Assembly (NCBI GenBank): GCA_963789745.1
Contig: CAWBLW010000010.1
Location: 69,984 to 133,983 of the forward strand
Length of the DNA: 64,000 nt
DNA from: an uncultured Acidobacteriota bacterium
Lineage (GTDB): Bacteria; Acidobacteriota; Thermoanaerobaculia; Thermoanaerobaculales; Thermoanaerobaculaceae
Direction of reading: 5' to 3'
Part shown: positions 38,725 through 49,186 of the stretch, piece after piece
Layout: each line of letters opens with the position of its first letter
Numbering within the stretch: position 1 is the stretch's first letter
Translations under genes and position numbers: made by a program
The notes under the pieces: generated by a model
The model's input: the letters and a program-made list of their open reading frames with translations, nothing else
What the model was told of the DNA's origin: nothing
Database searches by the model: none

Positions 38725-41325
38725 GTGCGGACCCCTGTGCTAGGCTCGTTCCTCTTGGGGGGTCCATTGACGCTGAGAAGCCCCTTCACCCTGACCGACG
38801 CCCGGCTCACAGCCGAGGTCGCGAGGTGCGAGTACTGCGAGGAAAAGCCGTGCCAGGCCGCCTGCCCCGCCGACTGCTCCCCGGCTGACTTCATCATGGC
38901 GGTGCGCGTCGGCGCGCCGTCCGATTTCCGTCGCGCCGCCGGGATGATCATGGCGGCGAACCCGCTCGGCGGCGTGTGCGGCGCCGTGTGCCCCGAGACC
39001 CACTGCATGGCGGCGTGCGCCCGGGCGACGTTCGACACGCCAATCGAGATCCCCGCGGTCCAGGCGACGATCATCGCGAAGGCGCGGGAGTTGGGCGTGA
39101 TGCCGGCGTTCGCGTTCGCGACGCCCGGCGGACGGCGCGTGGCGGTCGTCGGCGGCGGGCCGGCGGGCGCGGGCGCCGCGGCGGTGCTCGCGCAGGCCGG
39201 CTGCCGGGTGGAGGTCTTCGAGGCGCGCGCTGCGGGCGGGATGGCCGGGCTGATCCCGTCGTTCCGGCTCGAAGCCGAGGTGCTCGCCGCCGACCTCGCG
39301 TTCGTAACCGCGCTCGGCGACGTGCGCGTGCACGAGAGGGAGGTGGCCGATCCGGCGGTGCTGCTCGGCGAGGGCTACGACGCGGTCGTGGTCGCGACGG
39401 GGCTGTCGCAGCCGCTCCGCCTCGGCATCCCAGGCGAGGAGTTGGCCCAGCCGTGGACCTCGTTCCTGGCCGACCGCACGGGTCGCAGCGCGGCCGGACG
39501 GCGGGTGGCGGTGATCGGCGGGGGCGCTGTCGCGGCCGACTGCGCCGAGACGGCGGCTGCTGCGGGCGCCGAGCATGTCGAACTGTTCGCCCTCGAGAAG
39601 CTCTCGGAGATGCCGCTGACGGCGAAGGAGCGCGCGGGGCTGATGCGGGCGGGTGTCCAGGTCTCGGGCCGCACGCGCGTGGCGGCGGTCCTCGCCGACG
39701 GCGGCGCCGTGCGCGGCGTGCTGACGCGCAAGGTTGCCCTCCCCGCGGGGCAGGCGTTCCACCCGCGCCGGGTGGAGGACGTCATCGGCAGCGAGCAGAC
39801 GCGCGGCGACATCGACACCGTGGTCGTCGCGATCGGGGCGCGGGCGGCTGCGCCGCGCGAGGCTCGGCCGGGTCTTGTGTTCGCCGGCGACGCGGTCAAC
39901 GGCCCGACCACCGTGGTCGAAGCGGTCGCGGCGGGCAAGAACGCCGCCCTCGAGGTGCTCGCCGGTCTCGGGGTTCGGGTTTCGGGGTTCGGGGCTGGGA
40001 ACCAAACCGCCGCCGAACAGACGACGCGAGCCCGGACGAGCCCCGAGTCCCGAGCCCCGAGTCCCGCGCGGGTCAAGAGCTTCGCGATCCTGCCCGGCTT
40101 CCGGCGCCTTCCGGTGCCGCTCGACGCCGACTTCTTCGGCCGGCCGATCGCCTCGCCGTTCCTGCTCTCGGCGGCGCCGCCGACCGACGGCTACGAGCAG
40201 ATGCGCAAGGCGTACGCGGCCGGTTGGGCGGGCGGCGTGATGAAGACGGCGTTCGACGGCGTCCCGATCCACATCCCGTCGCGCTACATGTTCGCGTTCG
40301 ACAAGACGACGTTCGCCAACTGCGACAACGTCTCCGGCCATGCGCTCGAGCGCGTCTGCCGCGAGGTCGAACGGCTGCGCCGCGAGTTTCCCGACCGGCT
40401 GACGCTCGCCTCGACCGGAGGTCCGGTCACCGGCCACGACGAGTTCGACCGCCGCGGCTGGCAGGCGAACACGGCGAAGCTCGAGGCGGCCGGGGCCTGC
40501 GGCATCGAGTACTCGCTCTCCTGCCCGCAGGGGGGCGACGGCACCAAGGGCGACATCGTCTCGCAGGATGCCGCGCTGACCGCGAAGATCGTCGGCTGGG
40601 TGCTGGAGACCGGCGACCCCGGCGTCCCCAAGCTCTTCAAGCTCACCGGCGCGGTGACGGCGATCGCCCCGATCGTGACGGCGATCCGGGAGGTGCTGGA
40701 CCGCCATCCCGCCGCCAAGGCCGGGGTGACGCTCGCGAACACCTTCCCGACCCTCGCGTTCCGGCCCGGGCGTCGCGAGCGCTGGGACGAGGGGATCGTC
40801 GTCGGGATGAGCGGCGCGGGGGTGACCCCGATCTCCAACCTCACCCTGGCCAAGGTTGCGGACCTCGGGGTGGTGGTCTCCGGGAACGGCGGCCCGATGG
40901 ACTACATGGCGGCCGCCAACTTCCTCGCCCTCGGCGCCCGCACGGTGCAGTTCTGCTCCGCGGTGATGAAGTACGGCTACGGGGTGGTCGGCGAGCTGCA
41001 CTCCGGCCTCTCGCACCTGCTCGAGGCCCGCGGCCTCGCCTCGGTCGCCGAGCTGATCGGGCGCGCGCTGCCCGGTCCGGTGACCGACTTCATGGAACTG
41101 CCCGCGGTCAAGCAGATCTCGCACGCCGAGCCTTCGCTTTGCGTGCACTGCGGCAACTGCACGCGCTGCCCGTACCTGGCGATCGCGCTGGACGCCGAGG
41201 GGGTGCCGCACACCGACCCCGAGCGCTGCGTCGGCTGCTCGTTCTGCACCCTGATGTGCTTCACCGGCGCGCTCGCGATGCGCGACCGCACGCCCACCGA
41301 GGCGGCGGCGCTGCGCGAGGCGTGA
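38725..41325 (+). CDS. dihydropyrimidine-dehydrogenase-like fusion: GltD/PreT-like FAD/NAD(P) oxidoreductase, PreA/DHOD-like FMN TIM barrel and 2x[4Fe-4S] ferredoxin
   Basis: The N-terminal Fe-S region is CEYCEEKPCQAACP...VCGAVCPETHCMAAC, followed by VAVVGGGPAGAGAA and VAVIGGGAVAADCA (two Rossmann folds). After a repeat-encoded linker comes a DHOD-like barrel (FGRPIASPFLLSAAPP...GIEYSLSCPQ...VSGNGGP). The C-terminus is CVHCGNCTRCP...CVGCSFCTLMC. The start is uncertain: GTG 38725, TTG 38755 or TTG 38767. Confidence 0.8.
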   Translation: MRTPVLGSFLLGGPLTLRSPFTLTDARLTAEVARCEYCEEKPCQAACPADCSPADFIMAVRVGAPSDFRRAAGMIMAANPLGGVCGAVCPETHCMAACARATFDTPIEIPAVQATIIAKARELGVMPAFAFATPGGRRVAVVGGGPAGAGAAAVLAQAGCRVEVFEARAAGGMAGLIPSFRLEAEVLAADLAFVTALGDVRVHEREVADPAVLLGEGYDAVVVATGLSQPLRLGIPGEELAQPWTSFLADRTGRSAAGRRVAVIGGGAVAADCAETAAAAGAEHVELFALEKLSEMPLTAKERAGLMRAGVQVSGRTRVAAVLADGGAVRGVLTRKVALPAGQAFHPRRVEDVIGSEQTRGDIDTVVVAIGARAAAPREARPGLVFAGDAVNGPTTVVEAVAAGKNAALEVLAGLGVRVSGFGAGNQTAAEQTTRARTSPESRAPSPARVKSFAILPGFRRLPVPLDADFFGRPIASPFLLSAAPPTDGYEQMRKAYAAGWAGGVMKTAFDGVPIHIPSRYMFAFDKTTFANCDNVSGHALERVCREVERLRREFPDRLTLASTGGPVTGHDEFDRRGWQANTAKLEAAGACGIEYSLSCPQGGDGTKGDIVSQDAALTAKIVGWVLETGDPGVPKLFKLTGAVTAIAPIVTAIREVLDRHPAAKAGVTLANTFPTLAFRPGRRERWDEGIVVGMSGAGVTPISNLTLAKVADLGVVVSGNGGPMDYMAAANFLALGARTVQFCSAVMKYGYGVVGELHSGLSHLLEARGLASVAELIGRALPGPVTDFMELPAVKQISHAEPSLCVHCGNCTRCPYLAIALDAEGVPHTDPERCVGCSFCTLMCFTGALAMRDRTPTEAAALREA
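39967..40065. repeat. inverted heptamer-array element lying in-frame inside the DPD-like gene
   Basis: The left arm is CTCGGGG TTCGGGT TTCGGGG TTCGGGG (39967-39994). The right arm is GAGCCCC GAGTCCC GAGCCCC GAGTCCC (40038-40065). They are separated by 43 nt, and the arms are approximate reverse complements. Confidence 0.8.
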
Positions 41326-41354
41326 CGGCCGGAATCCGGATCGGAGGAGGGGAC

Positions 41355-42686
41355 GTGAACAGCCTGCTGATCTCGAACGGCACGGTCGTCACGCTCGGGG
41401 CGGCCGGCCGCGTCCTGCACCGCCACGACGTGCTCTGCGAGGGGGGGCGGATCGCGCGGATCGCGCCTCACGGCACCGTCGCGGGCGGCACGGCGAGGGT
41501 CATCGACGCCGCCGGCAAGCTCGTGATGCCGGGGTTCATCAACGCGCACACGCACTTCTACTCGGCGTTCGCGCGCGGCCTCGGCAAGGCGGCGCCGTCG
41601 ACGTCGTTCCGCGAGGTGCTGGAGCACCTGTGGTGGCGGCTCGACCGCGCCCTCGACCTCGAGGACTGCCGCCTCTCGGCGCTGGTCACGGCGATCGACG
41701 CCGTGCGTCACGGGACAACGACGCTGATCGATCACCACGCAAGCCCGCACGCGGTGCGCGGCTCGCTCGACGCGCTCGCCGCGGCGGTCACCGAGGTGGG
41801 CGTGCGCGCCTGTCTGTGCTACGAGATCTCCGACCGCGACGGCGAGGCGATCGCCCGCGAGGGGATCGCGGAGAACGCGGCGTTCGCGGCGCGTTGCCGG
41901 CGGGAGAGCGACCCGCACCTCGCCGCGATGTTCGGCCTGCACGCGGCGTTCACCCTCTCGGACGCGACGGTCGAGCGCGCCGCGGCGGCCGCGCGCGAGC
42001 ACGGCGCCGGCTTCCACGTCCACGTGGCCGAGGCGGCCTCCGACGAGGAGCACTCGATGCGCGAGCACGGCGAGCGGGTGGTGGAGCGGCTGCACCGCCT
42101 CGGCGTCCTCGGCCCCGCCACGATCGCCGCCCACTGCGTCCACATCGACGGCCACGAGGCGGCGCTGCTCGCCGAGACCGGCACCGCGGTCGTCCACAAC
42201 CCGCAGTCCAACATGAACAACGCGGTCGGCGTCGCGGCCGTGCCGGCGATGCTGGCCGCCGGCCTGCTCGTCGGCCTCGGCACGGACGCCATGACCACCG
42301 ACATGCTCGAGGAGTTGCGCGCCGCACTGTTCGTGCGCCACCTCGCCGCCGGCGACCCGTCGTGCGGCTTCATGGAGACGGTCTCGCTGCTGGTGTCGGG
42401 CAACGCCCGGATCGCGGAACGGTTCTGGCCGGAGGAAGGCCTCGGCGAGCTGGCCGAGGGGCGCGCGGCGGACGTCGTGCTCGTGGACTACGACCCGCCG
42501 ACGCCGCTCGACGAGGGCACCCTGTTCGGTCATCTCGTGTTCGGCGTGTCGCAGGCGGCCGTGGACACGACCGTTGTTGGCGGCCGCGTGTTGATGGCAG
42601 GGAAGAAACTGGAGCTGGATCTCGACGAGGCCGGACTCATGGCGGCGGCGCGCGAGCGCGCGGCGGCGTTGTGGGAGAGGTTTTGA
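41355..42686 (+). CDS. ssnA: SsnA-type aminohydrolase (amidohydrolase superfamily, chlorohydrolase/deaminase-like)
   Basis: RBS GGAGGAGG precedes GTG at 41355. The product begins VNSLLISNGTVVTLGAAGRVLHRHDVLCEGGRIARI, then PGFINAHTHFYSAFARG (HxH), HVHVAE, AHCVH and GLGTDA. Confidence 0.8.
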   Translation: MNSLLISNGTVVTLGAAGRVLHRHDVLCEGGRIARIAPHGTVAGGTARVIDAAGKLVMPGFINAHTHFYSAFARGLGKAAPSTSFREVLEHLWWRLDRALDLEDCRLSALVTAIDAVRHGTTTLIDHHASPHAVRGSLDALAAAVTEVGVRACLCYEISDRDGEAIAREGIAENAAFAARCRRESDPHLAAMFGLHAAFTLSDATVERAAAAAREHGAGFHVHVAEAASDEEHSMREHGERVVERLHRLGVLGPATIAAHCVHIDGHEAALLAETGTAVVHNPQSNMNNAVGVAAVPAMLAAGLLVGLGTDAMTTDMLEELRAALFVRHLAAGDPSCGFMETVSLLVSGNARIAERFWPEEGLGELAEGRAADVVLVDYDPPTPLDEGTLFGHLVFGVSQAAVDTTVVGGRVLMAGKKLELDLDEAGLMAAARERAAALWERF

Positions 42687-44062
42687 AGGGCGGGGCTCGG
42701 GGCTCGGGGCTTGGGGCCCGGGGACGGTCAGGCGTTCTGATCCGGGGGGGGACGGTGTGGACGCCGGAGGGGGCGCGGCGCGCCGACCTCCGCGTGGTCG
42801 GCGAGGCGATCGCAGAGATCGGCGATCTCTCGCCGCTCCCGGGGGAGACCGTTGTCGAGGCGGCGGGGCTGCACGTGCTGCCGGGGATGATCGACGTGCA
42901 CGTGCACGTCGACGACGTGATCGGCCCGTACACGCTCGCCGACACCTTTCCGACCGCGTCCGCTTTGGCGCTCGCGACCGGCGTCACCACGCTCGGCGGT
43001 TTCGTCACCCAGCATCCCGGCGAGACGCTGACCGGGGCCGTCGAGCGCTGCCGGGCGCGCGCGCGTGGCCGTAGCCATTGCGAGGTTCACTTCCACCTGA
43101 CGCCGACGACGTGGCCGTGGGACGAAGTCGGGCGCCTCGTGGCCGCCGGTTGCACCACGTTCAAGCTCTACACGACGTACCGCGAGGCCGGGCTGTTCAC
43201 CGACTACGAGCGGCTGGCCGTGGTGATGGAGCGCCTCGCCCCGCTCGGCGCGCGGCTGCTCGTGCACTGCGAGGACGACGACGTCCTGCACGCGGTGGAC
43301 GCGTCCACGCTCGATCCGGGCGACGCGCACGAGTACGCGCGGCTGCGCCCCGAGGCCGCCGAGGTCGCCGCGGTCGAGCGCGTCATCGACCTCGCCGCGC
43401 GCACCGGCTGTCCGGTACACATCGTCCACGTCTCCACCGCGGACGCCGTCGCAAGGATCGCGGCCGCGCGCTCGCGCGCCGCGATCACCTGCGAAACCGC
43501 GCCCCACTACCTGTTGCTCACCGATGCGGCCCTTTCGGGACGCAACGGCCACCGCTTGCTGTGCACGCCGCCGCTGCGCCCCGCGGCGACGCGCGCCCGG
43601 CTCGAGGCGGCCGCCGCCGCAGGCGCGTTCGACCTGTTCGCAACCGACCACTGCGCGTTCACCAAAGCCGACAAGGATGCGCGGCGTGACGATTTTCGCG
43701 CGGTCCCGAGCGGCGTCGCCGGGGTCGGCGCGCTCGTGCCGATGCTCTTCGAGCTGCTGGTGACGCGGCAGCGCCTCGGGCTCGGGGAGCTGGCAACGCG
43801 TCTCGCCGCCAACCCGGCGAAGCTCCTCGGGATCTACCCGCGCAAGGGAGCGATCGCGGTGGGCTCCGATGCGGACCTCGCCGTGGTCGATCCCGCCGGC
43901 CCGCAGCGGCCGGTGGTCTCGACGCTCGCCGACGCGTACGAGACCTACCCCGGCCGCACGACGACCTGGGACGTTCGCCGCGTGCTGCTGCGCGGTGAGA
44001 CGGTGATCGTGGACGGCGCGCTCGCCGAACCCGGCCACCCGACCGGCCATCTTCTGGCGTGA
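42683..44062 (+). CDS. dihydropyrimidinase/D-hydantoinase-family cyclic amidohydrolase
   Basis: The conserved domain starts at VLIRGGTVWTPEG (42734). It has GMIDVHVHV, TFKLYTTY (the carboxylated-Lys region), LVHCED, VHIVHVS and ATDHCAF. The start is uncertain. TTG at 42683 overlaps the ssnA stop and would add LKGGARGSGLGARGRSG, encoded by a heptamer array (42689-42723). CTG at 42737 is an alternative. Confidence 0.8.
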   Translation: MKGGARGSGLGARGRSGVLIRGGTVWTPEGARRADLRVVGEAIAEIGDLSPLPGETVVEAAGLHVLPGMIDVHVHVDDVIGPYTLADTFPTASALALATGVTTLGGFVTQHPGETLTGAVERCRARARGRSHCEVHFHLTPTTWPWDEVGRLVAAGCTTFKLYTTYREAGLFTDYERLAVVMERLAPLGARLLVHCEDDDVLHAVDASTLDPGDAHEYARLRPEAAEVAAVERVIDLAARTGCPVHIVHVSTADAVARIAAARSRAAITCETAPHYLLLTDAALSGRNGHRLLCTPPLRPAATRARLEAAAAAGAFDLFATDHCAFTKADKDARRDDFRAVPSGVAGVGALVPMLFELLVTRQRLGLGELATRLAANPAKLLGIYPRKGAIAVGSDADLAVVDPAGPQRPVVSTLADAYETYPGRTTTWDVRRVLLRGETVIVDGALAEPGHPTGHLLA

Positions 44063-44066
44063 GGCG

Positions 44067-44702
44067 ATGGGCGCCGACGTGCTTGCGGTCGCGCTGATCG
44101 CCGTGGTCGTGGCGGCGACGGCCGCGCTCGTGGCGGCGGAGATGCGCGGGCAACGCCGCCTGGCCGTGGTCGCCAAGGTGACCGCGTCGCTCGGGTTCGT
44201 GCTCCTCGGCTTGTGCCGGGCCCACGTGGCGACCCCGTACGACGCGTGGGTGCTGCTGGCCCTCGGCCTCTGCTTGGCCGGCGACGTACTCCTCGCGCTG
44301 CCGCGCGGCCTCGCGGCCGGCCTCGTCTGCTTCCTGGTGGGACACCTCGCGTACGCCGCGGCGTTCTCGACGCTCGTGCCGCTCGCCGCCTGGCCGTGGC
44401 CGGTCGCGGCGGCGATGACGGTCCCGAGCGCCGCGGCGGCCGCGTGGCTGTGGCCACACCTCGGACGGATGCGCGCCGCGGTGCTCGCCTACATCGTGGT
44501 GATCACCGCGATGGCGTGGGGCGCGCTCTCGGTGGCGGGGCACGCGCCGTGGATGGTGTGGGCGGGGGCGCTCTTGTTCTACCTCTCCGACCTTGCGGTC
44601 GCGCGCGACCGTTTCGTCGTCCGCCGCTTCGCGAGCCGCGCCTGGGGCCTCCCCGCCTACTACCTCGCCCAGGTCCTCCTCGCCCTCACCCTCGGGCGCT
44701 GA
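44067..44702 (+). CDS. YhhN-family (lysoplasmalogenase-like) membrane protein
   Basis: 211 aa with about 7-8 TM helices. It carries the YhhN-like motifs GLCLAGDVLLAL, FLVGHLAYA and LFYLSDLAVARDRF. Confidence 0.75.
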   Translation: MGADVLAVALIAVVVAATAALVAAEMRGQRRLAVVAKVTASLGFVLLGLCRAHVATPYDAWVLLALGLCLAGDVLLALPRGLAAGLVCFLVGHLAYAAAFSTLVPLAAWPWPVAAAMTVPSAAAAAWLWPHLGRMRAAVLAYIVVITAMAWGALSVAGHAPWMVWAGALLFYLSDLAVARDRFVVRRFASRAWGLPAYYLAQVLLALTLGR

Positions 44703-44756
44703 GCCCTCACCTCGCCGTGCCTCCCCCTTTGCGGTTGTGCGCGACACCGGTCCCAT

Positions 44757-44839
44757 GTAGGGGCGGGGCTTGCCCCCGCCCGCCGCCGCCCCCTCAACGC
44801 CCCCGCTCGCCCGCGGGCGGCCGCAAGGGCCGCCCCTAC
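44757..44839. repeat. nested GC hairpin element (GTAGGGGCGG...CCGCCCCTAC)
   Basis: The outer arms are GTAGGGGCGG and CCGCCCCTAC. They enclose the hairpins GGGCGGGG-cttg-CCCCCGCCC and GGGCGGCC-gcaag-GGCCGCCC. Confidence 0.75.
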
Positions 44840-44856
44840 GCAAGAACCCATCGACT

Positions 44857-44887
44857 GCGCGCCCGGCGGTCGCGCCCCACAATAGAG
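44857..44887. repeat. roughly 30-nt motif GCGCGCCCGGCGGTCGCGCCCCACA(A)TAGAG, copy 1
   Basis: It recurs in direct orientation at 45065-45094. It also recurs in inverted orientation at 54691-54716 (ATGTGGGGCGCGACCGCCGGGCGCGC), inside repeat copy 3. Confidence 0.85.
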
Positions 44888-44970
44888 CGAGGTTATGTCG
44901 TGCCTTGTATGTGTGGGGCTCACGCGCCGCGCGAGCGGTCGCTTGACCGCCGCCAGCATCGCCTTGGTCT

Positions 44971-45094
44971 CTGTAGCGGCCGATGCTCGCATCGGCCGAC
45001 GAGCCGAGACGGCGCCGCACAAGGCCGGCGTTTGCAAGCAAACGCAGCTACAGAAGCAACAGAAGCGCGCCCGGCGGTCGCGCCCCACATAGAG
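44971..45094. repeat. multi-hairpin cassette, copy A
   Basis: The sequence is TGTAGCGGCCGATGCTCGCATCGGCCGA...GGCGTTTGCAAGCAAACGC.GCTAC.GAAGCAAC. A 28-nt identical block and about 80% overall similarity link it to 56171-56290. It contains the perfect hairpins GGCCGATGC-tcg-CATCGGCC and GCGTTTGC-aa-GCAAACGC. Confidence 0.85.
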
Positions 45095-45107
45095 ACAAGA
45101 ACGTCGG

Positions 45108-46442
45108 TCAGCGCGAGGTGCGGGCCTCGCGCACGACGCCACGCGCCAGGAACACCTGTGTGACGCCGGGGGCGAGTGTGACGCTTTGCGGCAGGTAGCT
45201 GCCCACGAGCCAGACGATGCGCTGCGCCGCGAGCGCGTTCTGCAGCCTGGCGACGGCGCCCTGGAGCTGCAGGTCGGTGGAGATATCGTCGGGGACGCCC
45301 CACCCGGGCAGGGAGAGCCCCGCGATCCGCCGCTCCGGGGTCCAGATGAACAGCGGTACGGTGAGGCTCTCGAGGTAGGCGCGTGCGGCGGTGACGGAGA
45401 TCGTGCTGGCGTCCGCGGGCGCCTCGCCGACGATGAGCACGACGCCGCGACGGCGGCCGAGGGCGGCGGCCTCCATCCCCGCGGCCGCCACCGCGTTGGC
45501 GAGCTGCTGCTGCCGCGGAGGGGCGGCGGGGAAGTTGAAGCGGAAGATGAGCGTGCGCACGTCGTCGACGTCGGTGTCGAGGGGGATCGAGAGCGGGAAC
45601 AGCCCGGGCGCCGCGCCGCGGCCGCCCTGGCCCGGCTGCGGCACGGCCCAGAGCCCGTAGAGCCGGTTGCCTCCCTTGCTCGGTTGGATCGGGATCGCGG
45701 TGGTCATGGCGGCGGAGAACGGGTTGGGCGGGGTGATGCCGCGGAACCGCCCGGCGCAGTCCTGGTCGAAGACGATGACCGCGTCGGTGTGGCCCTCCTC
45801 GACACCGACGACCCGCAGCGGCCGGCCGCCGCTCTTGAACCACCCCTGCATCGCCTCGACAGGCGGCAGCGTCTGGCCGGGGCGCACGACGACGGCGACT
45901 CCGGTGAGCTCGGTCGCGGCGTTGGCCGCGACGTCGCCGCCGAGGCTGGTCTCCGCCCGCGCCACGACGCCCTTGGGGAAGACGACCTCGACGGCGAGGA
46001 AGTGCGGCCGCTTGAAGTCGACGCGGGGGAGCGGGATCCGCTCCGGGTCTTTGACTGGGAGCTCCTGGCCGTCGAGCGTGACGTCGAAGCGCTTCGGCCG
46101 CGCGTTGTCGATGGTGTGCCAAGCCAGGCGCGCGAACGCGGGCGCGCCGTCGGCGCCCGCTTCCACCAGGACGCGGGCCTCGGCGGAAGGCCGGGGCAGG
46201 TTGACCCACTGGCGGACGCGGGCGACCTCGTTCCCCTTGGCGTCGCGCCCGACGGCGACGAGCTCGTGGGGGAGCGGCGAGTTGCCGAAGCCGCACCCCA
46301 CCTCCCACGGCGCGGCGCGCACCGTCCCGAGCGAGACGCCGTCGAGGAAGACCTCGGCCGAAACGACGGGAGGGCTCACCATGACCTGGACGGGACCGAA
46401 CCCGAACACGAGACCGAGGAACAGGGTCTGAAAGGCGATCAA
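45108..46442 (-). CDS. hypothetical exported/membrane-anchored protein (possibly VWA-like C-terminal domain)
   Basis: 444 aa. A hydrophobic N-terminus (MIAFQTLFLGLVFGFGPVQVMV) precedes beta-rich repeats and a C-terminal alpha/beta region (GVVLIVGEAPADAS...LFIWTPE). I recognise no firm family. Confidence 0.55.
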   Translation of the reverse strand: MIAFQTLFLGLVFGFGPVQVMVSPPVVSAEVFLDGVSLGTVRAAPWEVGCGFGNSPLPHELVAVGRDAKGNEVARVRQWVNLPRPSAEARVLVEAGADGAPAFARLAWHTIDNARPKRFDVTLDGQELPVKDPERIPLPRVDFKRPHFLAVEVVFPKGVVARAETSLGGDVAANAATELTGVAVVVRPGQTLPPVEAMQGWFKSGGRPLRVVGVEEGHTDAVIVFDQDCAGRFRGITPPNPFSAAMTTAIPIQPSKGGNRLYGLWAVPQPGQGGRGAAPGLFPLSIPLDTDVDDVRTLIFRFNFPAAPPRQQQLANAVAAAGMEAAALGRRRGVVLIVGEAPADASTISVTAARAYLESLTVPLFIWTPERRIAGLSLPGWGVPDDISTDLQLQGAVARLQNALAAQRIVWLVGSYLPQSVTLAPGVTQVFLARGVVREARTSR

Positions 46443-46548
46443 GGGCCTGCCTCCGGGGCGCCCGATGCGGGCGGCGCCTGAGCAGCAAGGATAGACCCGG
46501 TGCGGCGCCGGGGCGGATCGCCACGCCGGCGCCGCCCCTGGCCGGGGC

Positions 46549-48975
<2,427 letters not shown>

Positions 48976-49049
48976 CTTGGTTGCTCCCATTGCGGCTCGG
49001 TGGATCAGCGCTTCCTGCCGGCGCCGCCCACTCCGGCCTCAATCCACGA

Positions 49050-49077
49050 ACATGAGTATACATCACTAAAATTCCAA
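49050..49077 (-). promoter_or_regulatory. possible sigma-32-like heat-shock promoter upstream of lon
   Basis: On the minus strand the sequence reads TTGGAA-14 nt-ACTCATGT, a weak resemblance to CTTGAA-N13-15-CCCCATNT. It sits in an unusually AT-rich island at 49040-49190. Confidence 0.2.
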
Positions 49078-49186
49078 CGTCGCCAGAGGTTCGTAATCTT
49101 CGTCGTTAAATAGCAGCTTCCTTTGTGATCCCGGACACCGCGAGGAGATGCCCATCGTGTTAGAAACAAAACTGATAGGAGCAACA

